64,000 bases of DNA, from positions 62,001 through 126,000 of the forward strand of contig QPMI01000657.1 of the NCBI GenBank assembly GCA_004431415.1. The letters run 5' to 3'. The notes below the pieces were generated by a model. It was not told the DNA's origin, made no database searches, and worked only from the letters and a program-made list of their open reading frames with translations. This stretch comes from Cyanophora paradoxa CCMP329. Its lineage: Eukaryota > Plantae > Glaucophyta. Shown piece after piece: positions 27,591-38,055 of the stretch; position 1 is the stretch's first letter; each line of letters starts with the position of its first letter. A program made the translations under genes and the position numbers.

Positions 27591-27787
27591 TGACCATTTC
27601 TTGTGTTATTAATAACTAATGAAATATCTGGAATTCACATCAATTGAAGACCTATGCACTATTGGCTTAATCTTATAGCAACCCACTATTGAAGGCAGCA
27701 TCTGCTTAACAATACAGTTCATAAACACAATGTGTATTGTTTCTTTCACATTCGTGCAAAACAAAAAATCTTTTCTCCTCCGCTGGC

Positions 27788-29849
27788 TCAGCCGTTATCA
27801 TCCTCCATATCAGCATCAGACTGTGTGACTTGCTCATTTTCTGTCTGAGAAGGACCAGCAACTGGTACAGGTAGAGCTTGACCTGGTCGAGGCTGCGATC
27901 ATATTAAAAAAGAAACGAAAAGTCCTTTCGAATAACATAAAACGCACATAAGAATACATTGTGCTCAAGCGATGAAGAACAAGCTCACGTCCAATTACAT
28001 CGTTCGACGATGTTGGATATGCAGCATGCATGAGCTGAACAGGCAGCTAAAAAGGAAAAATATGTCAATCAATTGCAATGCAGACAAACAACAATGCCTT
28101 ACCGCATGTGATGGCCGACGATCAGCAAAGAACACCTCGTACTTAGGAATTTGGCGAACAGCATTTACAAGTTCGCTGGCCGACAAATTCTGTTCACAAA
28201 TATCAATTTTATTTTCAATGAACAAAAACAATTGCTCGCACCTCGGCCGAGAACCGCCAGTCCTTTGCATCTGTGCAAAATTTGGACTGTCCTCCACAAA
28301 CAGCAACCTGAGCTTCAGATTTAAAGATAGCAGAATCCAAACAAATAAATTTGCTTACCATATCGCCAACTATCATACGAAACAACGTCTTCTTTAAAGC
28401 AGTTTTCTCCAGTGGAAAGCAATCACGAATGAAGAGATAAGATGTGTTCCCAGGAGTTCCACGCATGTCGTGAACGCCTGAAAGAAAAGCATTCACTTGC
28501 TTGAAAGAATCCAGAGAGGTGAGTGCAACTCGGTTGTTCCCCAACGAAAACAGAAGGAACTGTGGAAAATCATTACATAGGATTGCTTTGCCAAGAACAC
28601 AAAAATAAATTGCACCGAGCATTTCCCTTGGTTTGAAGCGAAAAATTGCATTGCTTCGGAGAACCCTCGGATGTCAATCTCCTCCATTGCACCTTGCATT
28701 CCATCATCAAAAATCATCAATCAACCCAAACCGCGTTAAATGAAAAGAAAATGCACTCAGGTTATCCGTCAAAAACGCCGATCTGTTGACCTTTGCCAAA
28801 GCTGCAAGATTTGGCCCCTGAAAAAAAAATTACACATGAAGTCTGACATCATGAATATTTCTTTGCACCTGAAACGAACAAGTTTCTTTTTCGTGCCAAA
28901 GCTGGACGAACTTGGCAATGTCTTCCTTGTTCCCAGCACGCTTTAAAGCGTTCAGTTCCCGAACCTGACATCGTTTATAATGTATGTCAGCGAACAAAAT
29001 TAATTGCTCATGTATTGCGTTTCAAAAAAAAACCAATGACGGGCCTGCTCAAAGAACTCCTTTTCCGCCAGTTTCAGAAGCATGCGTTCGACCACTCCGT
29101 CCGACGAGTAGTCGTCAAGTTTCTCAACTTTGAACTTCGTGTTCTCTTTTGCAGTTCCCATACCTGTCAGAAAGTAGTTTGCTCCTTTATCAAACAACAA
29201 ACACTGCTTTCAAAAGAAACACACCATTTCCGATTGAAAAGAAGCCTTTCGCCACGAAATGTGTATGCTGCTTCTTCTCATATCTTGCATCCACTTCAAG
29301 ATCTGCAACATGTTAATTTGTTTGTCGTCCAATTGCTCTACAAAGAATCCCTCACTGTTTGCAGTTGCTGCAAGCACAGCATCCAAATTCCGACCTCGGA
29401 ACGGATAGTTCTTCAGACGGTAAACAAATCCCTGTTCGCTGTTCAATACCAACAATACACACTCAGCAATCACTTCAATTAGACGCACATCTTTGGCCCT
29501 TTTCCGCATGAACTCTTCCAGAAACGGCTCCAAAATTTCTTGTGGTGGCAAATCCTCGAAGGATACAGGCTTGACACTGTTGACGGAATATGACCCCTGC
29601 ATGATCATCAGTACATGCACACACTCAAAACAAACAAATGTGCACCTTGTCATACCAATTTTTCTCATCGTTCTTCGCAACACCAGAGTTAATGCTACCA
29701 CATACGCGGAACATTACAATCTGCTCTTTAATGAATTTCAAAGCAAACCTCAACTGCCATTACACTTGCTCACCACATTAGACATCCTCAGTGCCGCGTA
29801 TGTGTTCTCAGCAATCAAGAAGCCTGTGCTGTTCGCCATTGTTGTCGAG
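27788..29849 (-). pseudogene. 3' half of an unknown multi-exon gene interrupted by the PLV
   Basis: Spliced coding segments end ...QSDADMEDDNG* (stop 27788-27790). The reading frame runs continuously across the empty insertion site. Confidence 0.6.
29844..29849. repeat. Left 6-bp target-site duplication GTCGAG
   Basis: Identical to 57985-57990 and directly flanks the TIR. Confidence 0.95.
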
Positions 29850-30701
29850 ACACATAGAGAAAGCCCGCGTTTTATCCCTCGGCTAAGTTTAATTATAATT
29901 TGTTTATATTTTACCTATATTTCTTGCATATTTTACGATAATTTATGTGTATTTTATCCTTTATTCTTGTCTTTTATGTGTGTAATTCATATATTTTACT
30001 ATCCAAACCCTTACTGAAATTTAATTTATTCGTAACTCCGATGTATTTTACGTTTATCTCTCGTAATCACTTGTATTTGAGGTTGATTTTAAACTTAGAT
30101 AAATTATATCACGCCTCCTGATAAAACGCGGGCTTTCTCTATGTGTGATATTACGCATTATCGTGTATAATGATATGGAAATAATATGGGTATGCATTAT
30201 ATGAAAAATATGTATTTAATTATACAAGAAATATGTATGAAATTATAATGGAATTCCATCGAAAAATAATAAAATGTACTTTCTCGATTAAATGCGATGA
30301 TGATATGGAGCGCATATGGCGTGTATGGAGCGCGGGACGTGTATTATAAGAAAGATATGTTAGTATTCTTTATGATTCTTATGTTATTATAATGGTATTT
30401 TATGACTGATATTTTGTTGTTTTAATGGGTTCTTACTGATAATGGTATGTGTTACAGGTGTTACAGGTTCATCCCAAACTTTCCCCTAGGAGGAGGTCGG
30501 CGGCTTGGAACTTTGGGATAGACCTGTAACACCTGTAACACTACACTGAATCACAATTAATTAACCTGTTACATCTTCTTTTACCACTTATTACCGTGTC
30601 GGAAATCTCGATACTTTATGTCTCTCCGTATAAGGAGATCCACCAAAGATACCTATTATCCTTTCTTTTATTAACGATGATATATTACATGTCTTTCGCT
30701 C
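29850..30701 (+). repeat. Left terminal inverted repeat (852 bp)
   Basis: Begins ACACATAGAGAAAGCCCGCG and is the reverse complement of 57133-57984. Only one mismatch was seen by eye (30668 vs 57166). Confidence 0.95.
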
Positions 30702-30919
30702 TGAAACAAGAAAAGATCTTTAAATTTAACAGTAAAATCAGTTTATTGTATAATTTACAAACATTGTTTGGTTGTTCATCAATAAACACTTACAGTAAAC
30801 TGTTTTACTGTCTGTTCTATCGTTAACTCTTTCACATTTTGCGAAAACATTGACAATAAAACAGTCAGGTAGCCTGATTTTATTGACAGTAAAATGAAAA
30901 TCTCACTGTATATCGTGCG

Positions 30920-31021
30920 AAAAATGAAAGCCCCGTGAGCTACACAAATTGATTTAAGGAAGTTGCGATATAGAGGTGTAAGAAAGAAAATTATTTTCTG
31001 TGTAAGAGATAAGTAACGATG
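30920..31021 (+). promoter_or_regulatory. About 100-bp upstream cassette, copy 1
   Basis: Near-identical to 31709-31810; both copies end exactly at an ATG. Confidence 0.7.
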
Positions 31022-31705
31022 GAACCCGTAGCTGATATACCTGCTTTGTATGAAAATAATAATAGAATTCGCGCTTACAATATTCCGATAGAAGGAAATC
31101 CTGCTTTTTCAGAAATTCTTAAATTAAGTATGTTTGATAATATGCAAATGCTAACGGTTATACAAGCTATTGAATTTGGACGACATGGATTCGGTGATGA
31201 TCTTAAACTTACTCATATCTCATCTATTGGATATTATCCGTCAAATACCAAAGAAGTATATGTTCATACTTATGATAATCGGTTTTGTCGGTTGTATGAA
31301 GATGAAGTAGATGAGGATGTAAGGGTAAACATTGATAATTATCGAAAAATCTTAGACTTAACGGAGGTTTTCAATGATGAAATTGATCTACAAAATGAAT
31401 TAACATTTCTTTTAATTCGTGTAAGGGATTATATAGGTAAAAATGCTCGTCGGCTCGAAATTGAAAGGTTGCTACGTCGGGTTTATCTCGATGTGCCAAA
31501 ACGTGATCTATCACGTGTTCATGATAAATTCGAAAAATATGGTTTAGTCATCAGAAGCCGTGTAAGTCTCCGTAAGTTGCTATATAAACATGGTGCAATT
31601 TGGACAACACGGACAGGATGGTATATAGCCGAAAAAAATGAAAGTAATGAAATACTTGTGGACATTTTCGGTGCGCGGCATTACCCATATATTGATGAGT
31701 TTTAG
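31019..31705 (+). CDS. PLV hypothetical protein (228 aa)
   Basis: Intact ORF behind the repeated cassette; local similarity to the 31808 ORF. Confidence 0.75.
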   Translation: MEPVADIPALYENNNRIRAYNIPIEGNPAFSEILKLSMFDNMQMLTVIQAIEFGRHGFGDDLKLTHISSIGYYPSNTKEVYVHTYDNRFCRLYEDEVDEDVRVNIDNYRKILDLTEVFNDEIDLQNELTFLLIRVRDYIGKNARRLEIERLLRRVYLDVPKRDLSRVHDKFEKYGLVIRSRVSLRKLLYKHGAIWTTRTGWYIAEKNESNEILVDIFGARHYPYIDEF

Positions 31706-31708
31706 GCA

Positions 31709-31810
31709 AAAATTGAAAGCCCCGTGAGCAACTCAAAATGATTTAAGGAAGTTGCGATATATAGGGGTAACAAAGAAAAACATTTTCTGTGTAAGAGATA
31801 AGTAACGATG
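31709..31810 (+). promoter_or_regulatory. About 100-bp upstream cassette, copy 2 (contains AAAATTGA)
   Basis: Direct repeat of 30920-31021. Confidence 0.7.
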
Positions 31811-32086
31811 TCGCGCGCTGAAATGTTTAAGGAGATCTCCGATATCATGGAAGCCGCCGAATACTTCTATAAACAAAATGACACCCTTTACCCTTCTCTG
31901 TCTCATATTGTAGCGATTGGTTTCTTAGCTGATAGACCCGATCGACTGTATGCAAAGAGTGATGAAAACCACTTTTTCCACTATCAAAAGCAAACTTTAA
32001 AAAGAGGAAAGGTGGAATACAACGTTAAAGCACTGTTTAACTTTGGCGGCGAGTTCATCCCTCTTATCGAATTCAAAAACCACTAA
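31808..32086 (+). CDS. PLV hypothetical protein (92 aa), probable paralog of the 31019 ORF
   Basis: LSHIVAIGFLADRPDRLYAKSDENHF resembles LTHISSIGYYPSNTKEVYVHTYDNRF. Confidence 0.65.
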   Translation: MSRAEMFKEISDIMEAAEYFYKQNDTLYPSLSHIVAIGFLADRPDRLYAKSDENHFFHYQKQTLKRGKVEYNVKALFNFGGEFIPLIEFKNH

Positions 32087-32994
32087 TCAATACCTAACGC
32101 TAAAAATTCCAACTGGAACGAATTATCGATACCGTTCATATCAACAACATCACCGTAATAATCACGAAACTCTACCGTTAACTCATTAATCACCAAATTA
32201 CGATCGTTTATTTTTATGTATTCGCCATGCTCTCCGCTATGGTATATATACTTTCCGATGTCCTGACTTAATTGTAAACGCAAAATTGCGCCTTGGTTCT
32301 GTGGTTGCGATCGTGGGACTATATTATGGTTTGCCGCAAATGTGGCAATTTCTTTAATGTGCATATAAATGTATTGTTCAGCGTTCATGTCTGCCATCTT
32401 TGGACTAACCGCTTTAAAAGCCATCGGTGCCGCTACTAACTCCGCTCCCTCGAATGTTATCCCCCACTGTGGGTGATCTGGTGTTATCGGAGTCCCTGCA
32501 TAAAATAAGATATTTTCGGGAGCATATAAAGACCTATTATTATCTATTATCTGTTCTGCGCTACCTAATAACGTTGTTGCACTTAGACCCAATAACTTAG
32601 CTATTCTATTGTTTCCGGCGATGAGTTCAAAAGCGAAATTACTATAAAACTCTAACTTGTATGTCATCGGATTATAATAGATCTTAAATAATATATTCTC
32701 TGTAACCGCAAAGTTCAAACCATAATTATATGGTTGTGTTACTCCGAAATGCCCTTGGTTTATATAACCACTCGGTAATGGGTATACTTGCTGATTAAGA
32801 TAAACACCATCAATATTATAACGTATGTTTATAAAATCGGTTCCTATTGAATTATATATACTGTTCGGAATCTCAGCATACAAAACACGACATTGCCGCG
32901 GTTTGGTTATTGGTCTTGTGAGAGCAACCCTATAAGAGTTTTCTTTTTGTCCTTGTTGTCGATCTCTACTATCGACATTGATAAGACGAATCAT
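32083..32994 (-). CDS. Minor capsid protein (penton) 1
   Basis: N-terminal MIRLINVDSRDR, AEIPNS, and C-terminal LTVEFRDYYGDVVDMNGIDNSFQLEF are typical of single jelly-roll pentons. Confidence 0.8.
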   Translation of the reverse strand: MIRLINVDSRDRQQGQKENSYRVALTRPITKPRQCRVLYAEIPNSIYNSIGTDFINIRYNIDGVYLNQQVYPLPSGYINQGHFGVTQPYNYGLNFAVTENILFKIYYNPMTYKLEFYSNFAFELIAGNNRIAKLLGLSATTLLGSAEQIIDNNRSLYAPENILFYAGTPITPDHPQWGITFEGAELVAAPMAFKAVSPKMADMNAEQYIYMHIKEIATFAANHNIVPRSQPQNQGAILRLQLSQDIGKYIYHSGEHGEYIKINDRNLVINELTVEFRDYYGDVVDMNGIDNSFQLEFLALGID

Positions 32995-33023
32995 TTTATT
33001 ATATGAATATAGATTAAAGAAAC

Positions 33024-34034
33024 ATGCCGGTCGAATATGTCGAAGTTTCATCATTTAGACAGGCTCCTAATCTCGATGCGCCGACGTCTAAGTTTATCGC
33101 TGAATTACCAAAGATGTATGAGAATGTAAGAGCTGTCCGACTTGTTTCGGCGGAATTCTATAACTCCATTCCTCTTATCAGCGGTGAAAGTGTCCCCGGA
33201 GATGTCACAGTTACTGATTCTTTCACTATTAATTTTAGTATCGCTAATTCAGCGATCAACTCTACCAATGCACCCGCTCCCGGTTTTGATGTTTGGCGCT
33301 CGATTCGTCCCGGACAAGGTGGCGGAAGCTTAGTAATTAATACGCATCAGGAATTAGTAAACCGTATTAATACTCGGTTTACTGGTTTAACACCCGATCC
33401 TCAAATTAGGTGTAAATGGGATACCGTAGATAAACGCGTAATATTCTATGCTCCACATGAATTTTACATAGCATTCACAACTGCTAAGGATCCTTCTAGT
33501 TCGATGGCTGAAAAATCAAACCGACACGGTCGTATGCTTGGTCTCGATGCCGGAAGAGCCGGTAACCGATTTATCAAATCTAACATTTACTCAACTGAAT
33601 ATGATCCTATCTTTACAGGTGCTAATGTTCATGGTATCATCTCGACATTCCCTACTGAGAGTTGCAAAGATAATGTATTATTCGTGAGAGTAAAAGAACT
33701 GGGTGACCTCGTTCAATGTGCCGACGGTCTCCTTTCTGGATACTTCCATAAACTCGTGGTGCAAGATAAAGACTTTGCGGAACACGTTGTTTATAACTCA
33801 ACAGAAGCAAACCCATTATATAAGTATTACGGGAAACCATTCGCAATCTCTCAAATGTCCGTAGAAATTGTGAATGCTCAAAACGAATTAATCGATTTTG
33901 AGGGGCAACCTGTGCATTTAACTTTCGAAATCCGATATGGTGAAGAACCCGCCGGTGATCCTATTTATGAGTATTTCAAAATGAGAATGAGAGAAACTCA
34001 CCCAAATTATCCGGTGATTTGCAATTTTGGATAA
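33024..34034 (+). CDS. Minor capsid protein (penton) 2
   Basis: FIAELPKMYENVRAVRLVSAEFYNS and MSVEIVNAQNELIDFEGQPVHLTFEI show the same family signature. Confidence 0.75.
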   Translation: MPVEYVEVSSFRQAPNLDAPTSKFIAELPKMYENVRAVRLVSAEFYNSIPLISGESVPGDVTVTDSFTINFSIANSAINSTNAPAPGFDVWRSIRPGQGGGSLVINTHQELVNRINTRFTGLTPDPQIRCKWDTVDKRVIFYAPHEFYIAFTTAKDPSSSMAEKSNRHGRMLGLDAGRAGNRFIKSNIYSTEYDPIFTGANVHGIISTFPTESCKDNVLFVRVKELGDLVQCADGLLSGYFHKLVVQDKDFAEHVVYNSTEANPLYKYYGKPFAISQMSVEIVNAQNELIDFEGQPVHLTFEIRYGEEPAGDPIYEYFKMRMRETHPNYPVICNFG

Positions 34035-34085
34035 TTAAGGATCATTCACAGAATTTTTATATTTTATTATTGTAAAAGAGAAAAC

Positions 34086-35483
34086 ATGGACGTCACAACA
34101 ACCCTCCAACGTCTTTCCCTCAAAGAGGCGCTAACCACCCCCGAAGAGGCAAAGGCGTTCTTCCTCGATAACTCGCTTATGCTTGGTCTGGAATCGAAGA
34201 CGAAACCCGTTCTCGTTACTGTTAGCCCATCGACAACCTTCCCTAACAACGCTGCGCAACGCGTAAGTTTCAAACTTCCACGTTACAACTTTATCGGTAA
34301 GCTGGAACTCGCTTTCGATCTTAGCGAAATTGCTGGTTTCATCGGTGATACCGATTTGGTTCGTAATGGTTATGTCCGCCCCGTCGGCGCTCTCGTAGAG
34401 CGTCTGGAAATCTCGTATGGCTCTTACCTTTTCACTGTGCCTTCTGATTTCCTCGCTCATTTCCCGCTGGTTTACTATTCGGAGGATCAGCTAGCGAAAA
34501 AGAAACGTTCGGCTGGTTTCCTGCACGGCATCCCACAACACGGAACTAACCGACTTGGTGGGTCATTCTTTGTGGAAATCCCCGTGCCATGGTTAAATAG
34601 TTACCTACCGCTTGGCGCGCTCTCAGGCGAAATGGTAGTTACCGCATGGTTCCGTGACCCCGCTAAGGGTGGATTCATTGAGACTTCTTATGGTGGTCGC
34701 GCTCTTCCGGTTGTCGGAGCTGCTGCCGATCAAACCGCTAATGACGGTCTCGGAAGCGCCACCGGTGTAACCCTTGCTAATGTCGGTCAAAACATCACAA
34801 CTGGAACCATTACCGGTCTGTCCATTCCATCATCTGCACCCGTGGATACTATTATGATCACCAACCCACGCCTTTACATGCATGCCGTCAATGTTTCCGA
34901 TGAGCTGTTTGCTACGGTCATTGAAAAGGTTAAGACTACTGGTATTGCGATTCCGGCTATCGACATCGGCTACGTCGATGCTTTCGATGTTGCCGCCAAC
35001 GGCAATAACCAACCTAACCGTATTAACATTAGCCAAATGTCGGGGCTTGCTTTCGCTCTTCTATTCTCGGTTCGTGACTACCTTAAAACCGGTCAGGATA
35101 ACAGCGGCTCCCACAGTGTCCTTAAAACATATGCGGACTCGAAGGATATCACATACACGGTGGAGATTAACGGACAGCGTCTTTATTCCACGGAGCCTAT
35201 CCCACTCCTCAAAGGTGCGGAACTCATCGCCGATGCATTCAAGTGTTCTAACATGGACAAGGAAGCTAACCGCTATGTCCTGTCCGGTCTGCCTTTCTGT
35301 CTGGACGGAGAGAAGGCGATTCGTAACATCGCCCAAAGTGGTTATGTCGATCTAACTAACTCCTCATCAAGTTTCCTAACCCTCTACGTCCCACAAAACA
35401 TGCGCCTTACTGTTAACGTGCGCGCTCTCATGCACACGATGCTCATAGCGGACCGCGACGGTCTGCGGCGAGTCAATCTATAA
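34086..35483 (+). CDS. Major capsid protein (double jelly-roll)
   Basis: 465 aa, beta-rich, with VSFKLPRYNFIGKLELAFDL and YLPLGAL...MVVTAWFRD; lies between the penton and the ATPase. Confidence 0.8.
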   Translation: MDVTTTLQRLSLKEALTTPEEAKAFFLDNSLMLGLESKTKPVLVTVSPSTTFPNNAAQRVSFKLPRYNFIGKLELAFDLSEIAGFIGDTDLVRNGYVRPVGALVERLEISYGSYLFTVPSDFLAHFPLVYYSEDQLAKKKRSAGFLHGIPQHGTNRLGGSFFVEIPVPWLNSYLPLGALSGEMVVTAWFRDPAKGGFIETSYGGRALPVVGAAADQTANDGLGSATGVTLANVGQNITTGTITGLSIPSSAPVDTIMITNPRLYMHAVNVSDELFATVIEKVKTTGIAIPAIDIGYVDAFDVAANGNNQPNRINISQMSGLAFALLFSVRDYLKTGQDNSGSHSVLKTYADSKDITYTVEINGQRLYSTEPIPLLKGAELIADAFKCSNMDKEANRYVLSGLPFCLDGEKAIRNIAQSGYVDLTNSSSSFLTLYVPQNMRLTVNVRALMHTMLIADRDGLRRVNL

Positions 35484-35565
35484 TAAGCACTGTATGTGTT
35501 TGTTACCATTATTTAGTCATATTTCGTTATTTTTATCTGTCTTTATTAAGAAGATCTACAACACC

Positions 35566-36351
35566 ATGGATGATGTCCCCGAATTTAACGCTGGTGAGAT
35601 GATAAAACCACCATTTCGCGTCCTTGCAATCGGAAAATCGGCTACGGGTAAGTCGGAAGCGGTAAAGTATTGGTTAAAACAGTTACATGATGCTAAAAAG
35701 TTAGATGTCGTTTTAGTTGTAAGTGGAACCGCATTTAATCATTTCTGGAATAATGTAGCTACTATACAGCTCGGTAAATGGGATGCGCCTTACATCGCTA
35801 AACTTCTCGATGAAAGACAAGAGAAAATAGAGAAAGGAGAACCTGTTAACCAATTGTGTGTAGTTCTCGATGATCTTATAGATAATGAGTTAGTCGACCT
35901 AACCCGTGACAAAATTATTGGCTCTCTTTACAGTCGGGGGAGACATTCCCAAATTTCTATTATCTGTATCACACAGAAACTGCGTAAGGTTTCTTCCACT
36001 ATTCGCGTTAATTCGGATTATGCGATGTTTCTTAGCGCCGCTAATCGGAAAGAACTCGAAGCGATTGAAGAAGAATACAATATAATAAGAGATAAAGACG
36101 CTTTCTATAAGATGTTTGAGGAATACGTTCATTCATATCAGTTTCTCATTTGGTCATCCGCTGATTATTCGGTAAAGTATTATGTAGATAAAGCGGATCT
36201 CGTTAAAAACTTTGGATTCCCGCGGTTCCATCGCAAACCTAAAAAGAAAGAAGACGAATTACCACAACCACAGAAAGAAGAAGAAGCGCCAAAAGAGATT
36301 AAAAGCGCTATTCATACAAATAAATTGATGCGATATAAGAGAGGACTTTAA
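35566..36351 (+). CDS. A32/FtsK-like genome packaging ATPase
   Basis: Walker A GKSATGKS, Walker B VVLDD, RGRHSQISIICITQ and IRVNSDY. Confidence 0.93.
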   Translation: MDDVPEFNAGEMIKPPFRVLAIGKSATGKSEAVKYWLKQLHDAKKLDVVLVVSGTAFNHFWNNVATIQLGKWDAPYIAKLLDERQEKIEKGEPVNQLCVVLDDLIDNELVDLTRDKIIGSLYSRGRHSQISIICITQKLRKVSSTIRVNSDYAMFLSAANRKELEAIEEEYNIIRDKDAFYKMFEEYVHSYQFLIWSSADYSVKYYVDKADLVKNFGFPRFHRKPKKKEDELPQPQKEEEAPKEIKSAIHTNKLMRYKRGL

Positions 36352-36379
36352 AAATATCTTCCATATAATTAAAGATACA

Positions 36380-37111
36380 ATGCCGCCAAAACGTAAAGTA
36401 GGTGTCCCCGCTGGGGCTATTTCATATTCCGGTGGTGAAAGTTACGGATCTCTCAATACTACACCTATGAAATTCGACGGAGTTAATCAAGTGAAACCAT
36501 CGCAACCCGAAGAAGATCCTTTAAACGCCGCTTATGAAGAATCGCCGGCGGACAAAGCGCCGCAAGCATCGACAAGTGAAACACTCAATGTATCACCGGA
36601 TGCATCGAAGATGAAGGCGGTCGGTGAGGGTGCGCGTCGTATTATCGGTGCCGCTGATGATCGCGGTCTTGGTCTACAAGATCTTGCACTTGCCCGCAAA
36701 GGTCAAGGTGTTTCGAAAGAATCGGACAAGGTTATCCAATCGATGGCGGGTGAGGTTACTTATAAAGTCGCTCCGACTCAAAACGTCCACCGAATGCCAA
36801 AGGCTGAATGGGACACAATGACCGCTAAACTACGTGATCTCGAAGCTAAGTCAAGTGCGCTAGAACAGTATGTTATGGAGAAGAAAGAACGCGCTAAAAT
36901 GAAGGAGATGTTACGTAAAGAGGTTTTCCGAATGGGTATTACGGGACTTCCTGATACTCAATTTATTCGGAAGAAAGAGACACAAATAGATGAGCAAGCG
37001 GTGGATGAAATGAATACTAAAAAGAAGGGAACCATAGAGCCTGGCGCTACCAAAGCGGAAGTAGAGAAAGCCGTAGCACCAACAGTTTACAAGCGGAGAG
37101 TTTGGCTTTAA
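36380..37111 (+). CDS. PLV hypothetical protein (243 aa, charged; possible virion core protein)
   Basis: Intact ORF in the structural gene cluster. Confidence 0.7.
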   Translation: MPPKRKVGVPAGAISYSGGESYGSLNTTPMKFDGVNQVKPSQPEEDPLNAAYEESPADKAPQASTSETLNVSPDASKMKAVGEGARRIIGAADDRGLGLQDLALARKGQGVSKESDKVIQSMAGEVTYKVAPTQNVHRMPKAEWDTMTAKLRDLEAKSSALEQYVMEKKERAKMKEMLRKEVFRMGITGLPDTQFIRKKETQIDEQAVDEMNTKKKGTIEPGATKAEVEKAVAPTVYKRRVWL

Positions 37112-37138
37112 ATATATCTGATTAATAAAGGATTCTCG

Positions 37139-37387
37139 ATGGACTTTCTCCAAAAGATCATAGAGATGTTTAACCTGCACATTGTAAGCAATTGTCACAG
37201 CGGATGCTGTGATACAACCGTAGAACTTGGTTTTTCAGATACCGAAGATAATGTAACGGAAGGTAGAGAGTCCCGGAGACATTCGGTAGATTCCACACAT
37301 TCAGAACCCGCTACAAATGGTCGCCGTTTTTCGGTAGATCAAAGCGATAATTTACGAAGGCAAGCGTTTGATCATCGAGGTAATTAA
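37139..37387 (+). CDS. Small protein with CxSxCC motif
   Basis: LHIVSNCHSGCC followed by an acidic/Ser-rich tail. Confidence 0.55.
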   Translation: MDFLQKIIEMFNLHIVSNCHSGCCDTTVELGFSDTEDNVTEGRESRRHSVDSTHSEPATNGRRFSVDQSDNLRRQAFDHRGN

Positions 37388-37589
37388 AATATTTGTAATA
37401 AGTATCGGAAAATGCTCGAAGAAGTCTATAATATTATTTTAGCGAAACATCAGATTTACGCCGTTGCATCTGCGATAGAAAAACGTAGACATGAGCTTGT
37501 CCGGTCGCCAAAAAATGACAACCCTAAAAGTATTTAAAGAAACAGCGATATTACAAACTGATAAAATATTTTCTGTGCTGAAAGTAAGA

Positions 37590-37865
37590 ATGGCTGCTAT
37601 CGCCGATGATGTTAGCGTTATTGAATTCGAATTCGAAAGTGACAGCGATGAAATTGTTAACTCACCACCAAAGGTTAAACTTAATCCTAAGAGTGCCGAT
37701 GGGTTAAATTATCGAATCCGTGAAGTGCTGAGACTGCGAAAGAAGTATGAGGAAGACCCCGAATACCGCGAATTCAAAAAAAAGCAAGCTTTGGAGAACT
37801 ATTACCGTCGGAAAGAATTGGAAGGTATCCATTGTGCAAAGCGTGGACGCCCTCGCAAATACTGA
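37590..37865 (+). CDS. Small AT-hook DNA-binding protein
   Basis: C-terminal KRGRPRKY; preceded by a degenerate copy of the upstream cassette. Confidence 0.65.
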   Translation: MAAIADDVSVIEFEFESDSDEIVNSPPKVKLNPKSADGLNYRIREVLRLRKKYEEDPEYREFKKKQALENYYRRKELEGIHCAKRGRPRKY

Positions 37866-38055
37866 AATGCCGCTATTGCCGCTGAAACATCATTACTTAT
37901 TTTTCGAGCGGCTTACCGACGATAATCGGTAATCGCGTTACAGAATCCGGTTTTTTAGCATCGAGGAAAAAAAGTGTAGGGCATTTAAAGGTTAGGCGCC
38001 AAAAAATGATCAACAAGAAAAATTTTTATCTTTCGTTAAAGTAGAACGCGCAACG

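Noticed and set aside
30596-30826. 76-aa ORF at the inner edge of the left TIR
   Set aside because: Largely the antisense of the duplicated AdoMetDC 3' end.
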